NCBI GenBank assembly: GCA_019057865.1
Contig: JAHLWP010000003.1
Coordinates: 1 to 64,000 of the forward strand
Origin: Promethearchaeota archaeon
GTDB taxonomy: Archaea > Asgardarchaeota > Lokiarchaeia > Sigyniarchaeales > SOKP01
Length of the DNA: 64,000 nucleotides
Direction of reading: 5' to 3'
This document shows positions 63,146 through 64,000 of this stretch, piece by piece. The notes beneath the pieces were generated by a model, which was given only the letters and a program-made list of their open reading frames with translations, had not been told where the DNA came from and did not search any database. Made by a program: the position numbers and the translations under genes. The number at the start of each line of letters is the position of its first letter. The stretch's first letter is position 1.

Positions 63146-64000
63146 TTAAAAGATAAGTTTTAATGGTGTTTTTTCTGATATTGATTTTCTTAAAATCCGC
63201 TTTCTGTAATAAGAATTAATACCAGAAATTAAAGCAATTGATGGTACAATACATTTGGCAAATTTAACTGGGCCAAATAAAATGAAATCACTTCCTGCTG
63301 AGGCACAATAAGTCATAAGGGATGCGATCGCACCACACCGGGGTATATCACCATATTTTTTAACAAAATCCCAACCATATATTGCATTAGCAGGAGCAAA
63401 ACCAGTTGGTATTCCTAATTCTTTTTTAACTAATCTTGTTGTTTCAACATTGATTGCAATTGAGGGCAAGTCTAAAACAGCAGTATCAACAATTATATTT
63501 TCTATATTCGCTTTTTGGGCATTAGGTATCAACTTTTCTTGTAGTAAATGCAATTTTTGATGAGGAAAAATATATTTACTTCCAAAATCCAATAATACAG
63601 CACTTCTAACTCCAATATCTTTAATTTTTTCAAGGTTTTCAATAGTTGTATTCTCATCAATACTATTCAAAATCGCTCTATTTAACAATCCTTTTTCTTG
63701 CAATCCTTCCATTGCAGGAATCCTACTTGAATCATTTAAACCATCAACTAAGAATGGACAATCTACAAGATCTGCTATATATTCACATTCTTTTAAAAGT
63801 GCTTCAGGGTAGGCACCTACTACATCAATAATTGCTTGCATTCCATTCTCATCAACTATACTTATAAATTCATTAACTTCCTTTTCAACAATATTTTTAT
63901 CGATTTTTCCCATCTTTTCATCTAATAATGCTTTATGTCTTGCATAAAATACAGTACCAATTAGAACTATTGAATTTTCTCCTGGTTGACCACCTAATTT
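63146..64000 (-). CDS. mtrH: MtrH-family pterin-binding methyltransferase (5' end beyond the window)
   Basis: Frame stays open to the window edge (KLGGQPGENSIVLIGTVFYARH); ILNSI, IVDTAVLD, GFAPANA, DFILFGP. Confidence 0.9.
   Translation of the reverse strand, partial: KLGGQPGENSIVLIGTVFYARHKALLDEKMGKIDKNIVEKEVNEFISIVDENGMQAIIDVVGAYPEALLKECEYIADLVDCPFLVDGLNDSSRIPAMEGLQEKGLLNRAILNSIDENTTIENLEKIKDIGVRSAVLLDFGSKYIFPHQKLHLLQEKLIPNAQKANIENIIVDTAVLDLPSIAINVETTRLVKKELGIPTGFAPANAIYGWDFVKKYGDIPRCGAIASLMTYCASAGSDFILFGPVKFAKCIVPSIALISGINSYYRKRILRKSISEKTPLKLIF

Noticed and set aside
185-63831. Short track ORFs overlapping the called genes (e.g. 3409-3663, 14892-15392, 22089-22280, 35816-37414, 43317-43499)
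   Set aside because: Antisense or off-frame shadows of well-supported genes, with no motifs
1-64000. CRISPR arrays, tRNA, rRNA, integrases
   Set aside because: No regularly spaced repeats, GC-rich cloverleaf or rRNA-like tracts, or recombinase motifs seen by eye

Overview
Very AT-rich (roughly 25-30% GC by eye) archaeal chromosome segment, most consistent with an Asgard archaeon of Lokiarchaeia. The evidence for this is eL13, several roadblock/longin proteins and small GTPases, a UGA-recoded vhuU with a SECIS-like RNA, and Fwd/MtrH/Mvh-Hdr genes. The left half is metabolic: truncated fwdA, mobA, two convergent purF paralogs, hypF/D/E/C and cooC around a group 3c [NiFeSe] hydrogenase-Hdr operon (mvhG-mvhA-vhuU-hdrC-hdrB), acd plus a Pta-N/DRTGG partner, ald and acetone-carboxylase-like acxABC. 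The ORF track misses a 50-aa selenoprotein (vhuU, 17115-17267), a DUF5678-like gene ahead of a retropepsin, and two N-terminal extensions that appear to need AUA starts. The most interesting region is 42.7-63.1 kb. It holds three Arf/Rag-hybrid GTPases with C-terminal roadblock domains. Two of them carry an N-terminal FLCN/SMCR8/NPRL2-type longin (uDENN) domain; one keeps the ARG arginine-finger motif (R108) and its paralog lacks it. Nearby are a Zn-ribbon-roadblock protein, a longin-winged-helix protein and a CUB-domain membrane protein with a cytoplasmic longin-like tail. Together these are a candidate fused proto-Rag/GATOR1/FLCN-type switch. No tRNA, rRNA or CRISPR array was seen. All family calls come from motif recognition, not database searches.
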